64,000 nucleotides of DNA from an uncultured Oscillospiraceae bacterium (GTDB taxonomy: Bacteria > Bacillota > Clostridia > Oscillospirales > Acutalibacteraceae): positions 12,371 through 76,370 of the forward strand of contig USCI01000001.1 of assembly GCA_900553255.1 (NCBI GenBank). Reading direction: 5' to 3'. The number at the start of each line of letters is the position of its first letter. Position 1 is the first letter of the stretch. The translations under genes were made by a program, and so were the position numbers. A model generated the notes under the pieces. That model was given only the letters and a program-made list of their open reading frames with translations. It was not told the DNA's origin and searched no databases. Below are positions 27,838 to 37,492 of this stretch, piece after piece.

Positions 27838-28095
27838 AATGCCGCTATGGAATTCCATAGCGGCATTAGTCTGTCCAAAAAGTCGTTTCGCAAAAAAAAT
27901 CGTGCACAAAAAGTTTTCGCCCGCCTTTTGAAAAAGGCGGCGGGGTGGAGGGGCGGCGCCCCTCCTCGCCTTCCGCAGAAGGCGAAAGTCCCGACAGTTC
28001 AAAGGATCAGGAAGGGAGACGCAACAGCCCGGTGGGCTGTTGTGTCGTGGGAAACCCTATCAAGGGGTTTCCCGATGCGGCGTCTCACGCCGCAT
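27838..28095. repeat. train of seven independent GC-rich hairpins in a convergent intergenic spacer
   Basis: 30-nt perfect palindrome AATGCCGCTATGGAATTCCATAGCGGCATT (27838-27867). Further hairpins at about 27921-27940, 27947-27965, 27967-27984, 28018-28046, 28049-28073 and 28075-28095. Confidence 0.6.
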
Positions 28096-28138
28096 TTGGG
28101 CAACTTGCTACCTGCCAACCAGTTTTTCGACACGCTGA

Positions 28139-28190
28139 GACAGCAAAAGGCTGCCGCACCAGCGGCAGCCTTTTGCTGTCTGTTGCTTTT
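28139..28190 (+). terminator. strong hairpin with a U-rich tail only on the + strand, abutting the stop of the minus-strand permease gene
   Basis: GACAGCAAAAGGCTGCCGC / GCGGCAGCCTTTTGCTGTC (19 bp) followed by TGTTGCTTTTT. Confidence 0.6.
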
Positions 28191-29005
28191 TACGCGTTCC
28201 GGTTGCGAATAAAGAAGGTGCCGAAAAACAGCGCCGCCGCAACCAACACGATCATCGGGCCGGTGCCCACTGCGTGATAATACGAGAGCAGCAGGCCGAG
28301 CAGGCCGGAAAACAGGCCGAAAATCAATGCGAGGACGTGGTAGCTGCGCATGCTGCGGGACACGTTGCGCGCCGCAGCCGCCGGCAGGATCAGCATCGCG
28401 TTGATGATCAGCAGCCCCACCCAACGGATCGCCAGCATCACAATCACCGCGATAATCACCACAAACAGGTTATCGAGAAAGGCCACCGGGATCCCCTTGC
28501 TGCGGGCAAGCGACGGGCTGAGGCTGACCGCATGCAGGCTGTTGAAGCACAGCAGCCACAACAGCACGACCACCACCAGCGCGCCGGCGAGCACCGCCAG
28601 CTCCCCGCGGGAAATGCTCAGGATATCCCCGATGAGCAGGCTCTGGTATTTGGAAAAGCTGCTGCCCCTCGAGAGGATCACCAGCCCCAGCGCCACGCCG
28701 CAGGAGGAAAACACGCCGATAACCGTATCGGTCGAGGAAAGGCGGGAATGGCGGATGCGATTCATCAGCAGGGCAAACACCACCGCAAAGGCGATCATCA
28801 CAAGATTCGTATCGGTGAAGCCCAGCAGGACGCCAATGCCCACGCCGGTCAGTGCGGAGTGCCCGAGCGCATCCGAAAAGAACGCCATGCCGTTATTGAC
28901 CACCAGCGTGCCGAGCAGGGCAAACAGCGGCATAATCAGCAGCACGGCGACAAAGGCGTTACGCATAAAGTCATACTGCCACCAGCCAAACAGGGCGTCA
29001 AGCAT
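28190..29005 (-). CDS. metal (zinc-type) ABC transporter permease, ZnuB/AdcB-like
   Basis: ABC-3 type membrane protein with 8-9 TM helices. ATG 29005 overlaps the upstream stop (ATGCTTGA). Confidence 0.85.
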   Translation of the reverse strand: MLDALFGWWQYDFMRNAFVAVLLIMPLFALLGTLVVNNGMAFFSDALGHSALTGVGIGVLLGFTDTNLVMIAFAVVFALLMNRIRHSRLSSTDTVIGVFSSCGVALGLVILSRGSSFSKYQSLLIGDILSISRGELAVLAGALVVVVLLWLLCFNSLHAVSLSPSLARSKGIPVAFLDNLFVVIIAVIVMLAIRWVGLLIINAMLILPAAAARNVSRSMRSYHVLALIFGLFSGLLGLLLSYYHAVGTGPMIVLVAAALFFGTFFIRNRNA

Positions 29006-29747
29006 GCGCAATCCCCTCCCCTTCCGGAAATGCCGCGCGGAACGCCTCATCGGCAAACACCGTCTCCGGGTCGCCGGATGCCGCTACCCGGTGGTCGAGC
29101 AGCACCACCCGGTCCGCATGCCGCCGGACATAATCGAGGTCATGCGACACCAGCAGGATCACCATATCGTCGGTGGCCTTGAGCCGGTCCACCGTTTCAT
29201 AAAACTGCGCCAGCCCCGCCTGGTCGACGCCGGAGACCGGCTCGTCCAGGATCAGCAGATCCGGCTTGGGCAGCGTGGCAACGGCAAGCAGCACCCGCTG
29301 CAGCTCGCCGCCGGACAGCCGGCCCACCGGCTTATCCAGCAGCATGTCCGCCGAAAAGCGCGCCAGGTGCGCCCGCAGCGCCTCGGTCTGCTTTTTCCGC
29401 CGCGGCAGGAAGGCCGGATAGGCCGAGGAGTACGACAGCAGCATATCGTACACCGTCGCGGGCGAGCCGCTGTCGATGTTCAGCGACTGCGGCACATACC
29501 CGATGCGGGGCTTATGCACCCGCTCGCCTGCCGTATGCCCGCTGAATTCCACCGTTCCGGTGTGGCGGATCTCCCCCAGAATCGCCTTGAGCAGGGTGGA
29601 TTTCCCCGCACCGTTGCGCCCGATGATGGCGGTCAGCTCGCCGCAGTGCGCGTGCAGGTTCACATCGGTCAGGATCACCGTTTCCCCTGCCCGCACGCCG
29701 ATATGGTTGATTTTCAGGCAGTGCAGCCCGCAGCCGGTCGCAGTCAT
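28998..29747 (-). CDS. metal ABC transporter ATP-binding protein, ZnuC/AdcC-like
   Basis: Walker A 'GRNGAGKST', signature 'LSGGELQRV', Walker B 'LLILDEP'. ATGA overlap with the upstream gene. Confidence 0.9.
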   Translation of the reverse strand: MTATGCGLHCLKINHIGVRAGETVILTDVNLHAHCGELTAIIGRNGAGKSTLLKAILGEIRHTGTVEFSGHTAGERVHKPRIGYVPQSLNIDSGSPATVYDMLLSYSSAYPAFLPRRKKQTEALRAHLARFSADMLLDKPVGRLSGGELQRVLLAVATLPKPDLLILDEPVSGVDQAGLAQFYETVDRLKATDDMVILLVSHDLDYVRRHADRVVLLDHRVAASGDPETVFADEAFRAAFPEGEGIAHA

Positions 29748-30676
29748 GCCGTCTCCCCCCTCAGCTTGCGCAGGTTTTCCCGCATGGCGTTCAGCCAGGC
29801 GTCCGGGGACTCATCCCCGACGACCCCCATGTCCAGCTGCAGGATCCTGCCGTCCGCCGCACTGTCCGCAAGGTATTCGTACGCCGGGTCGTACTGGTTG
29901 TCGTACAGCAGCCACACCTGTCCGGCTGCAGCTGCGGCCTGCTGCGCCGCCGCCAGATCCGCGGCGGACACCCCCGCATCCTCCCCGATCGGCAGGGAGG
30001 CGAGCGGCGTCAGGCCGAGATCGTCGGCAAAATACCGCAGCGATTCATGGAACAGGATGCAGCCGTCAAACGGCAGCGATGCGGCGGTATCGGCAAACGC
30101 CGCCCGGATCTCCCCGATTTCCGCGAGGTATTGCGCGGCGTTGTCCCGATACTGCGCGGCATGCGCGGGATCCGCCTCACACAGCCCGTCGCGCAGGTTT
30201 TCCACCTGCCGGTAATACCGGCTGGGGCTCGTCCAGATATGCTCATTGACCAGCTCCTCGTGGATTTCGCCGTCCTCGTGCTCATGCGCATGTCCGCTCT
30301 CCAGCAGCGAAATCCCCGCCGAGGTATCCACCACCGGCAGCTCCGGGAACCGGCTGCGCGCATCGTCCAGGAACGCCTCGGCTCCCGCTCCGTTGATCAC
30401 CAGCACATCCGCTTCCGCAAGCGTAATCATGTTGTCCGGCGACAGCTGGAAATCGTGCAGGCAGCCGGTCTGCGGTCCGGTCAGGCTGATGAGCTCCACA
30501 TCGCCGATCCCCTGCGTCAGGTTCAGCGCCGCCACATACACCGGATAAAACGACGCGACGATCCGCGTTTTTTCCTTCCCGCGCTGCGCCGTACCGGTCA
30601 GCAGCGTAATCACCGCCGACAGCGCCACAATGCCCGCCATCAGCAGCGCCACCTGTGCGTAAACCCGTTTTCCCAT
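29744..30676 (-). CDS. metal-binding lipoprotein/SBP, ZnuA/AdcA-like with His-rich loop
   Basis: 'IVASFYPVYVAALNL' and 'CLHDFQLSP'. His/acid-rich loop 'SGHAHEHEDGEIHEE' typical of zinc-specific cluster A-I SBPs. Confidence 0.85.
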   Translation of the reverse strand: MGKRVYAQVALLMAGIVALSAVITLLTGTAQRGKEKTRIVASFYPVYVAALNLTQGIGDVELISLTGPQTGCLHDFQLSPDNMITLAEADVLVINGAGAEAFLDDARSRFPELPVVDTSAGISLLESGHAHEHEDGEIHEELVNEHIWTSPSRYYRQVENLRDGLCEADPAHAAQYRDNAAQYLAEIGEIRAAFADTAASLPFDGCILFHESLRYFADDLGLTPLASLPIGEDAGVSAADLAAAQQAAAAAGQVWLLYDNQYDPAYEYLADSAADGRILQLDMGVVGDESPDAWLNAMRENLRKLRGETA

Positions 30677-30702
30677 GCCGCCCTCCAAAAATGCTTCCGC
30701 TC

Positions 30703-30754
30703 ATTATTGCAATCCATTTGCAATTACAATACCCGAATTTTTCCCGCTTGTCAA
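30703..30754 (-). promoter_or_regulatory. promoter of the metal-uptake operon overlapped by a candidate Zur/Fur-type operator
   Basis: Minus strand: TTGACA (30754-30749), 17 nt, TATTGT (30731-30726). Two palindromic TTGCAA cores in ATTATTGCAATCCATTTGCAATTACAAT (30703-30730). Not a canonical Zur box. Confidence 0.4.
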
Positions 30755-30798
30755 GGGAAAAACCGCGAATCCCGCGGCAACAACGCCGAAAGACGCGG

Positions 30799-30827
30799 TT
30801 GACAACCGAATTTTCCCCGGATACAAT
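30799..30827 (+). promoter_or_regulatory. sigma-A type promoter for the Fur-family gene
   Basis: TTGACA (30799-30804), a 17-nt spacer, then TACAAT (30822-30827). Confidence 0.6.
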
Positions 30828-30850
30828 AGGAAACGAAAGGGGGCGGCCGC

Positions 30851-31282
30851 ATGGAACAGCGCACCACACGGCAAAAACAGCTGATTATGGACATCCTGCT
30901 GCATGCGGAAGAGCCACTGACTGCGCAGGAGGTTCATGCGCGCGCCGTACGGCAGCTGCCGAATCTCGCCAAGTCGACGGTATACCGCAACCTCGAGGCG
31001 ATGAAGGCACGCGGCGAGGTCACGCAGGGACGGCTCGACAACGGCGAAAGCTATTATGAAGCGGTGCACGAGGGGGAACACAAGCATTATATGGTGTGCA
31101 AGGACTGCCACGTCCGGGTGGATCTTCCCGACTGCCCTCTCGCGCATATGCAGCAGGAAATTGCGGACGCGGCCGATTTCACCATCACCGACCACGTGAT
31201 CCAGCTGTACGGCTACTGCCGCGAATGCGCCGCCCGGCGGCATATGCGGCCGGCGGATAAAAAAAGCCCCGACCATCGCTGA
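30851..31282 (+). CDS. zur: Fur-family metalloregulator, probably Zur
   Basis: 'TRQKQLIMDILL..PLTAQEV..STVYRNLE' winged helix. 'HYMVCKDCH' and 'GYCRECA' CxxC pairs. Divergent from the zinc-type ABC operon. Confidence 0.7.
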   Translation: MEQRTTRQKQLIMDILLHAEEPLTAQEVHARAVRQLPNLAKSTVYRNLEAMKARGEVTQGRLDNGESYYEAVHEGEHKHYMVCKDCHVRVDLPDCPLAHMQQEIADAADFTITDHVIQLYGYCRECAARRHMRPADKKSPDHR

Positions 31283-31301
31283 TCGGGGTAGCGGGGCGGC
31301 T

Positions 31302-31463
31302 TCACGCCTGCTTTTCAAAAAGGTTCTTTTCCACGCCGCAGATCGGACACAAAAAGCCCTCGGGCAGCTGGTCAAACGGCGTCCCGGGCGCGATGCCCTC
31401 TTCCGGCACACCGACGGCCGGGTCATACACATAACCGCATACCGAGCACACATATTTTTCCAT
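31302..31463 (-). CDS. rubredoxin (53 aa, too short for the ORF track)
   Basis: My translation: [53 protein letters not shown]. It has the classic CxxCG ... CPxCG pairs. Confidence 0.85.
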   Translation of the reverse strand: MEKYVCSVCGYVYDPAVGVPEEGIAPGTPFDQLPEGFLCPICGVEKNLFEKQA

Positions 31464-31549
31464 TGACCGGATTCTCCTTTTCTGTCGGATGACGTTAGGA
31501 TGCGCCGGCGGCCGGAAAAATATACGATATACGAAAGGAAGATTGACGT

Positions 31550-31897
31550 ATGGTACGGAAATTTCAGAGCCTGCCCGCCGAGCAGCGGGAGCATATGCGC
31601 GGCGGGGACGGGACGGTTACCCTGACGCCCGGCCTGCAGGCCGGGGATTACGCCGCGAAGCTGCGGCTGTTCTCCCGCATCACGCTGCCCGCCGGCGCCT
31701 CCATCGGCGCCCATGTGCATGAACAGGAGGAGGAATTTTTCTACATCCTCGCCGGTACCGGCGAATTCAATGACAACGGCACGGCGATCGCCGTCGGGCC
31801 GGGGGATTCCACCGTCACCCGCAGCGGCGAATGCCACTCCATCCGCAACACCGGCGATACCCCGCTCGAGCTGCTCGCGGTCATCGCCACGCTGTAA
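31550..31897 (+). CDS. cupin-domain protein
   Basis: '[25 protein letters not shown]' and '[19 protein letters not shown]' cupin_2 motifs. Confidence 0.8.
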   Translation: MVRKFQSLPAEQREHMRGGDGTVTLTPGLQAGDYAAKLRLFSRITLPAGASIGAHVHEQEEEFFYILAGTGEFNDNGTAIAVGPGDSTVTRSGECHSIRNTGDTPLELLAVIATL

Positions 31898-31939
31898 GCC
31901 GCGCAGCCGCGGGGAACAGGGCAAATGCACGCCCGGTTC

Positions 31940-33860
31940 TCACCAGCGGGTGAGCGGGACGCCGTTTTCGCTGAGCACGATATTGCCGTCCTGCACCGCG
32001 ATGTCGTAGAGGTACGTTTGCGGCGTGTCGCCCCACGTGACGCCTTTCACCCGGAGTTTGCCGTCCGCCGTCTCCACAAAAGAGAACTGGGGGGTAAACA
32101 TCCAAAAACAGGACGAACGTCGTGCTGTATTCCGGCCGGCCGTCTTCGGCAGCCGAAAAGGTGAAGGTGAACAGGCCCGAGGTGGGTCCGGGTCCCAGGC
32201 AACAGGTTTCCTCTCTGCCGTCGCCGTCGATGTCGGCGACGGCGATGCTTTCGGCAGCAGGATACCCGTCGTATTCGTCGATATTGACAATCGCGTATAC
32301 CGTTTGGATCTTCGCGGGATAGGATACCGCGATCAGGCCGTCATAGAAGATGCGGACCAGCGAGCCGACGGTCAATGCAGCGCGTTCGCTTTCGGTCATG
32401 CCTCCCGCGGAAACCCAGATTTTATCCGCCGATCTGGCCTCATCGCTGCCGTCGAGCGGCCGTACCAGCAGGGATTCCCCGTTCACCTCCAAGACGGTGG
32501 CGGCGAAGTTCGGCGCAGCGGCCGTATCGGCGGCCTGCACCTGCGTCCGCAGCTTATCAAAAATCTCCCGGACCGCCTCCGGGTTCTGCACCTTATAGGA
32601 ATGCGCCGGGGGGTCCCCGTCATACAGCCAAAACGCCGTATACCCATCGTTGAAGCAGAGATACACACCGCCGAGCGCAGACGACGCCGAGGGAATTGCA
32701 TCCGTCTCGGACTGCAGCACAAGGGCATGGGCGGGGGTTCGGTCTTTGCCCGGGTCGTTGAGCAGCGGACGGCGGCGTATACGGATATTCCCGATCGTTT
32801 CCAGCTGCACGTCCTCCACAGAGGGCAGCCGCCGGTACGCCCCGCCGTCCCCTACCCACAGGCAGGCCGTTTCCCCGAAAACGGCCTCCAGGGAGATCCC
32901 CTCATCGAACGCCGACAGCGTCATCCCGGCCGGGTTGGTCAGCAGGCACACCGCCGCTGCCGCACAGAGCACAACCGCGGCGGCGGTCAGCCAGAAAGCC
33001 GGCTTTTTATAGCTGAGCACGTTTTTCACCCGTTCCTTTACCCCCACCTCGGCGAAGGACAGCGGACAGGCGGAAAGGCCGCGGCGGCCGGCGCTGCAGG
33101 ACAGCAGTGCTTCGGAATAGGCCTTTTTTTCCTGCAGATCCAGTGTCCTGACCACCCGTTCATCGCAGGCCAGTTCCATATCGCGGCAGAAAAACCAATA
33201 CGCCAGCCAGCACAGCGGGTTGAACCAGTAGACCGACAGCAGGAGAAAGCCCAGCGGCTTCCAGAGGTAATCCCGGCGCTTCAGGTGGGCTTTTTCATGG
33301 GCGAGCACATAGGCCATCCGCCCCTCGTCCAGGTCGGACGGCAAATAAATGCGCGGCTTCCAAAAGCCGAAAATAAACGGGGACGCCGTCTGGTCACACA
33401 GCCAGATATTGTCATCGACCCTCATCGCCGCGCCTACCCTCCGGCGCAGGCGGAAACAGCTCACCGCCGCATAGACCAGCATGGCGGCCAGACCGGCTGC
33501 CCAGATCACCGAAGCTGCAAAGACCGCAACCTGCAGCGGGCTGACGCTTGCCTCCGGCACAGGTGCGAAAGACTGTGACATGAACGGATTCATGGCGCTG
33601 TCCAGCGCGGGCATACCGCTGTCGACCGCCGGCGTCCGTGCATAAAGCATTTCGGGAGAAAGCGTTTCCTCGCTGGGGATCAGGCTGAACACGCTTTCCA
33701 GAGAAAACGGACACACCAGCCGGAAGGCAACAAATGCCCACAACAGGCAACGTATCCCCTTCGATGCCCTTTTCAATAGAACGCGAAGCAAAAGCACCGC
33801 AAAAATCAGCCATCCGGCCGCGATGCTCCGGTTCAGCAGCTCCAGGAATACCGTTTCCAT
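31940..33860 (-). CDS. BlaR1/MecR1-like M56 peptidase membrane sensor; 3' end disrupted by an apparent frameshift at a C6 run
   Basis: 'VLAHEKAHLKRRDYLWK' (HExxH) and N-terminal TM helices. The plausible C-terminus 'FSFVETADGKLRVKGVTWGDTPQTYLYDIAVQDGNIVLSENGVPLTRW' lies in the other frame (31940..32290). The frames join if one base of the run at 32089-32094 is removed. Confidence 0.75.
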
Positions 33861-33863
33861 CCG

Positions 33864-34256
33864 CTACACCTCCTGCGCATGGTCAATCATACGGCGGATC
33901 TCGGAAATTTCCTCGGCGGACAGGGCCTGACGCTGCGTAAACGCCGCAATAAATGCGGGAAGTGACCCGCCGAAGGCTTCCTCAACAAATTTTTCGCACT
34001 GCTTTGCGTAAAATTCCTGACGGGAGACCTGCGCACTCACCATACCGTTTTGGTTTTGAAAAACACCCCGTTCGCAGAATTTTTTCAAAACCGTGTAGGT
34101 CGTGGATTTTTTCCAGCCCAACTCTTTTTCGCACAATTTTACCAGTTCACCGGAGGAAAGCGGCTGTGCCTTCCAAACGATATCCGCAAAACGGGCTTCG
34201 ACCGTTCCCAGTTTTTTCTCATTCAAAGGTTTCCATCCCTTTCCGGGTCTATTCAT
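33864..34256 (-). CDS. BlaI/MecI/CopY-family transcriptional repressor
   Basis: 'ARFADIVWKAQPLSSGELVKLCEKELGWKKSTTYTVLKKFCERGV' winged helix. Sits 3 nt upstream of the M56 sensor gene. A TTG at 34226 is an alternative start. Confidence 0.85.
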   Translation of the reverse strand: MNRPGKGWKPLNEKKLGTVEARFADIVWKAQPLSSGELVKLCEKELGWKKSTTYTVLKKFCERGVFQNQNGMVSAQVSRQEFYAKQCEKFVEEAFGGSLPAFIAAFTQRQALSAEEISEIRRMIDHAQEV

Positions 34257-34290
34257 AGTAGACCCGTATTCAGTCTATCATGTATAGACC
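34257..34290. promoter_or_regulatory. candidate BlaI-family operator
   Basis: GTCTAT-catgt-ATAGAC palindrome (34273-34289), with a further GTAGAC half-site at about 34258-34263, immediately upstream of the repressor gene. Confidence 0.45.
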
Positions 34291-34470
34291 TTTCTGTCAA
34301 GCCCGGTGGCAGTGCCACCGGTGTGCGGACATTTTTATAGCCGAGCAGCGGTTCAGCGTATTCACCGGAACGAAACACATGAGGCCGTTGCCTTGGCGGC
34401 CGTAAATCGGCATAGGCCAAGCCGGGCCAAGGAAATATTTTCGCACCAATAAAGCAGAGGAGGCAGACAA

Positions 34471-34854
34471 ATGGATCTTGTTGCGTATCTGAAAAATGCC
34501 ATTACAGACAAAATGCCGCTCGAAAACATCGTGGATGTATTCGAACAGATGTGCCAGGTGCCGATTGAAGAGGACATGATCCTGTTTGAAACCGGAACCT
34601 ATTCCTTTACGGGGGAGCCCTTCTTTTATTTCTCGCTGGTTCGACAATTTCCCAATAACATCGATGATGAATTCTACCAGCTCCACGTGGACGTTCTTTA
34701 CGTGCCGACGGATGAAAACGAAGCTTTTCAGTCCTCCGTGTGGGACAGTGATGTGGAGGGGAATATTTTCGATTATATCCGCAAATCCCCGGATTTTGCT
34801 TACGCCAAAAATGAGGAATATGTGCGGGTAGACATATTCCTGACCGAAACATAA
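34471..34854 (+). CDS. hypothetical acidic cytoplasmic protein (127 aa)
   Basis: RBS AGAGGAGG, protein-like composition, lower GC than surroundings. I recognise no family. Confidence 0.55.
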   Translation: MDLVAYLKNAITDKMPLENIVDVFEQMCQVPIEEDMILFETGTYSFTGEPFFYFSLVRQFPNNIDDEFYQLHVDVLYVPTDENEAFQSSVWDSDVEGNIFDYIRKSPDFAYAKNEEYVRVDIFLTET

Positions 34855-34922
34855 CGTTGCGTTTTCTCACCCCGCCCGGCTATAAGCGGTTTACCGGGCC
34901 TTGACAAGCCAAATACCGCAAC

Positions 34923-34961
34923 AGCCCGGACGGCGAAAATCGCCGTCCGGGCTTTCCTTTT
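34923..34961 (+). terminator. rho-independent terminator
   Basis: AGCCCGGACGGCG-aaaat-CGCCGTCCGGGCT followed by a T-rich tail. Confidence 0.8.
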
Positions 34962-35260
34962 GCTGTCAATCCGCCGTGGCCCGGCTGACCAGGCAGTGCA
35001 GCGAACGCGCGATACCGCCCTGCATCGTCCCGCAGAAAATCGTCCGCGGCGTGCCGCACACAGAATTTTCTGCGTCAACCCACCGGTATTCCCAAAAGGT
35101 ATATCTTTTCAGACAGCCGTTGTCAAGTCCGTTTTTCGCTTTTTTTCGGGCGTTCTCACCAGTGTACGATGATTTCATTGTTCAACACATCTAAATTTAT
35201 CGCCGGCCGGCAACCTATACTTTACCAGTCGGAAAATTTTTCCGGTCTTTCCGCCGGGCA

Positions 35261-35289
35261 TTGTGCTTTTCCCGGCGGCATGGTATGAT
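35261..35289 (+). promoter_or_regulatory. sigma-A type promoter with extended -10
   Basis: TTGTGC (35261-35266), 17 nt, then TGgTATGAT (-10 at 35284-35289). Confidence 0.5.
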
Positions 35290-35315
35290 AGGCGAGGAAT
35301 CGACTAAAGGAGGGA

Positions 35316-36218
35316 ATGCCTGTGGGGCTTTCTTTACAGCACGTCAGCAAATCCTTCGGTGAGCGCAAGGCGGTGGACGACCTCAGCTTCTCGATGGAGC
35401 ATCCGGGGGTCTTCGGCCTGATCGGCACCAACGGCGCCGGAAAAACCACCACCATCCGCATGACGCTCGGCGTGATGGATCGCGATGCCGGGGAAATCAC
35501 CTGGAACGGCGGCCCGCTCAACCGGGACACCGTGCGTTTCGGCTACATGCCGGAGGAGCGCGGCATCTATCCAAAGGTGAAGGTCATCGACCAGCTTGTG
35601 TATTTCGGTGAGCTGCGCGGCATGAGCCGCAAAGCGGCGTTCGAATCCGCCGACCGCTGGCTCGCGCGGCTCGGGGTAACCGAATACCGGGACATGATGG
35701 CCGAAAAGCTGTCGAAGGGCAACCAGCAGAAAATCCAGCTGATCGCCACCCTGATCCACAGCCCGGAGCTGATCTTCCTCGATGAGCCGTTCAGCGGCCT
35801 TGACCCGATCAACACCGATGTTTTCAAAAGCGTGATCGGCGAGCTGATCGCTGAAAACAAATACATTGTGATGTCCAGCCACCAGATGGCGACGGTGGAG
35901 GAATACTGCGAGGATCTGGTGATCCTCACCCATGGGCGCACGGCGCTGGCCGGCAACCTGCGGCAGATCAAGGCGGGATACGGCCACACCAACCTGTCGG
36001 TCGGCTGCGCAGCCGACCTGCTGCCGCTGGCCGAACAGCACGGGCTGCGGCTGATCGAAAAGACCGCCGGCGGCTATGAATTCAAAATCACCGGCGATGA
36101 GATGGCCAACGGCTTCCTGCGGGACATGGTGGCGCGCGATATTTTCCCGGAACGCTTTGAGATCCGGGAGCCGTCGCTGCACGAAATTTTTGTGGAAAAG
36201 GTGGGTGAGGCCGGATGA
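35316..36218 (+). CDS. ABC transporter ATP-binding protein (ABC-2/NatA-like)
   Basis: Walker A 'GTNGAGKTT', signature 'LSKGNQQK', Walker B 'LIFLDEPFSGLD'. Confidence 0.9.
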   Translation: MPVGLSLQHVSKSFGERKAVDDLSFSMEHPGVFGLIGTNGAGKTTTIRMTLGVMDRDAGEITWNGGPLNRDTVRFGYMPEERGIYPKVKVIDQLVYFGELRGMSRKAAFESADRWLARLGVTEYRDMMAEKLSKGNQQKIQLIATLIHSPELIFLDEPFSGLDPINTDVFKSVIGELIAENKYIVMSSHQMATVEEYCEDLVILTHGRTALAGNLRQIKAGYGHTNLSVGCAADLLPLAEQHGLRLIEKTAGGYEFKITGDEMANGFLRDMVARDIFPERFEIREPSLHEIFVEKVGEAG

Positions 36219-37492
36219 GAGACATTTTGACGGTATTCCGCTTCACCCTGCGGGACGGCGCGCGCAAAAAAGCCTTCTGGGTGACCACCATTATCGTGCT
36301 GGTGCTGATCGTCGGCATCTGCTGCATACCGCGGGTTATGGAGCTGTTTTCCGGCGGAAGCACGCCGGAACCGGGCACCGAACCCCCCGGCGCCTCCGCG
36401 GGCGAGCCGGCCGAAAAGACCGAAACCTGCTACCTGATCGATGAGCAGCAGCTCATCCCCGGCGCCGCCGAAGCGCTCGCCGCCGCGCTGCCGCAGGCCG
36501 ACGTCATCGCCGGCGAGGAAAGCCAGCTCGACAGCTATAAGACGGAGGCCGAGGAGGACAACAGCATCTATATCGTTCAGGTTTTGCCGTCCGAACAAGG
36601 GGCGCTGCCGAAGGTACAGTTTTATGTGCACGACATCCTCAGCGGCGCGCCGACCGACACGGTGACAGCGGTGCTCAAGACCACCTATGTGTCCCAGGCG
36701 CTGCAGTCCGCCGGCGTTTCGGCCGATATGGCGGCGCTTGCCCTGTCCGACATGACCTACGACATGGCGATTGTGGGAAAAATGGATATGTCGGGGTATG
36801 TCCTTGGCATTCTGCTGACCATGCTCACCTTCTTTGCGGTGTACTATTACGGCTACGGCGTGGCGATGTCGGTCGCGTCCGAAAAGACCTCCCGCGTGAT
36901 GGAAACGCTGGTGGTTTCCGCCAAGCCGTCCCGCATCCTGGTGGGCAAAATCCTCGGCATGGGCGTGCTTGGACTGCTCCAGATGCTGATGTTCCTGGTG
37001 GTCGGGGCGCTCGGCTACACGCTGCTCGTACCGGAGGGCTTCACCATCGGCGGCATGCCGCTGGCGCTGTCGGCCTTCACCCCCGCCTCCGCGGTGCTGA
37101 TCCTCGTGTACTTCCTGCTCGGCTATGCGCTGTATGCGGTGCTCAACTCGGTCTGCGGCGCCACGGTCAGCCGCACCGAGGACCTCAACGCCGCGATGAT
37201 GCCCACCGTATTCATCAGCCTGATCGCGTTCTATGCTGCCTATATGGTGATGTTTATCCCCAACGAGGCGGCCAAGCGGATCGTCACCTATATCCCGTTC
37301 ACCTCCCCGTTCCTGCTGCCCTTCCGGCTGCTCAACGAAACGGTGCCGGCGACGGATATCGCCATCTCGCTTGTACTGCTGGTGGTCTGCATCGCGCTCG
37401 TGGCGCTGCTGTCCATCCGGATTTATTCCGCTTCGGTGCTGCATTACGGCCAGCGGCTGAAGCTGAAGGACATTCTCAAGCTGAGCAAATAA
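36215..37492 (+). CDS. ABC-2 family transporter permease (NatB-like)
   Basis: ATGA overlap with the ATPase gene. An N-terminal TM, a large extracytoplasmic loop, then 5 C-terminal TM helices. Confidence 0.85.
   Translation: MRDILTVFRFTLRDGARKKAFWVTTIIVLVLIVGICCIPRVMELFSGGSTPEPGTEPPGASAGEPAEKTETCYLIDEQQLIPGAAEALAAALPQADVIAGEESQLDSYKTEAEEDNSIYIVQVLPSEQGALPKVQFYVHDILSGAPTDTVTAVLKTTYVSQALQSAGVSADMAALALSDMTYDMAIVGKMDMSGYVLGILLTMLTFFAVYYYGYGVAMSVASEKTSRVMETLVVSAKPSRILVGKILGMGVLGLLQMLMFLVVGALGYTLLVPEGFTIGGMPLALSAFTPASAVLILVYFLLGYALYAVLNSVCGATVSRTEDLNAAMMPTVFISLIAFYAAYMVMFIPNEAAKRIVTYIPFTSPFLLPFRLLNETVPATDIAISLVLLVVCIALVALLSIRIYSASVLHYGQRLKLKDILKLSK

Noticed and set aside
27838-28190. Whether the hairpin train is a CRISPR array, SRP RNA or 6S RNA.
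   Set aside because: The hairpins differ in sequence and spacing, so there is no repeat unit. I saw no SRP domain IV motif (GGAA tetraloop flanked by AGCAGC-type symmetric loop) and no single long 6S-like irregular helix. It is kept only as an unexplained structured spacer.
30704-31930. 408-aa minus-strand ORF spanning the zur, rubredoxin and cupin region.
   Set aside because: It cuts across three independently supported genes on both strands and has an implausible composition. Only the short rubredoxin frame within this span (31302..31463) is real.
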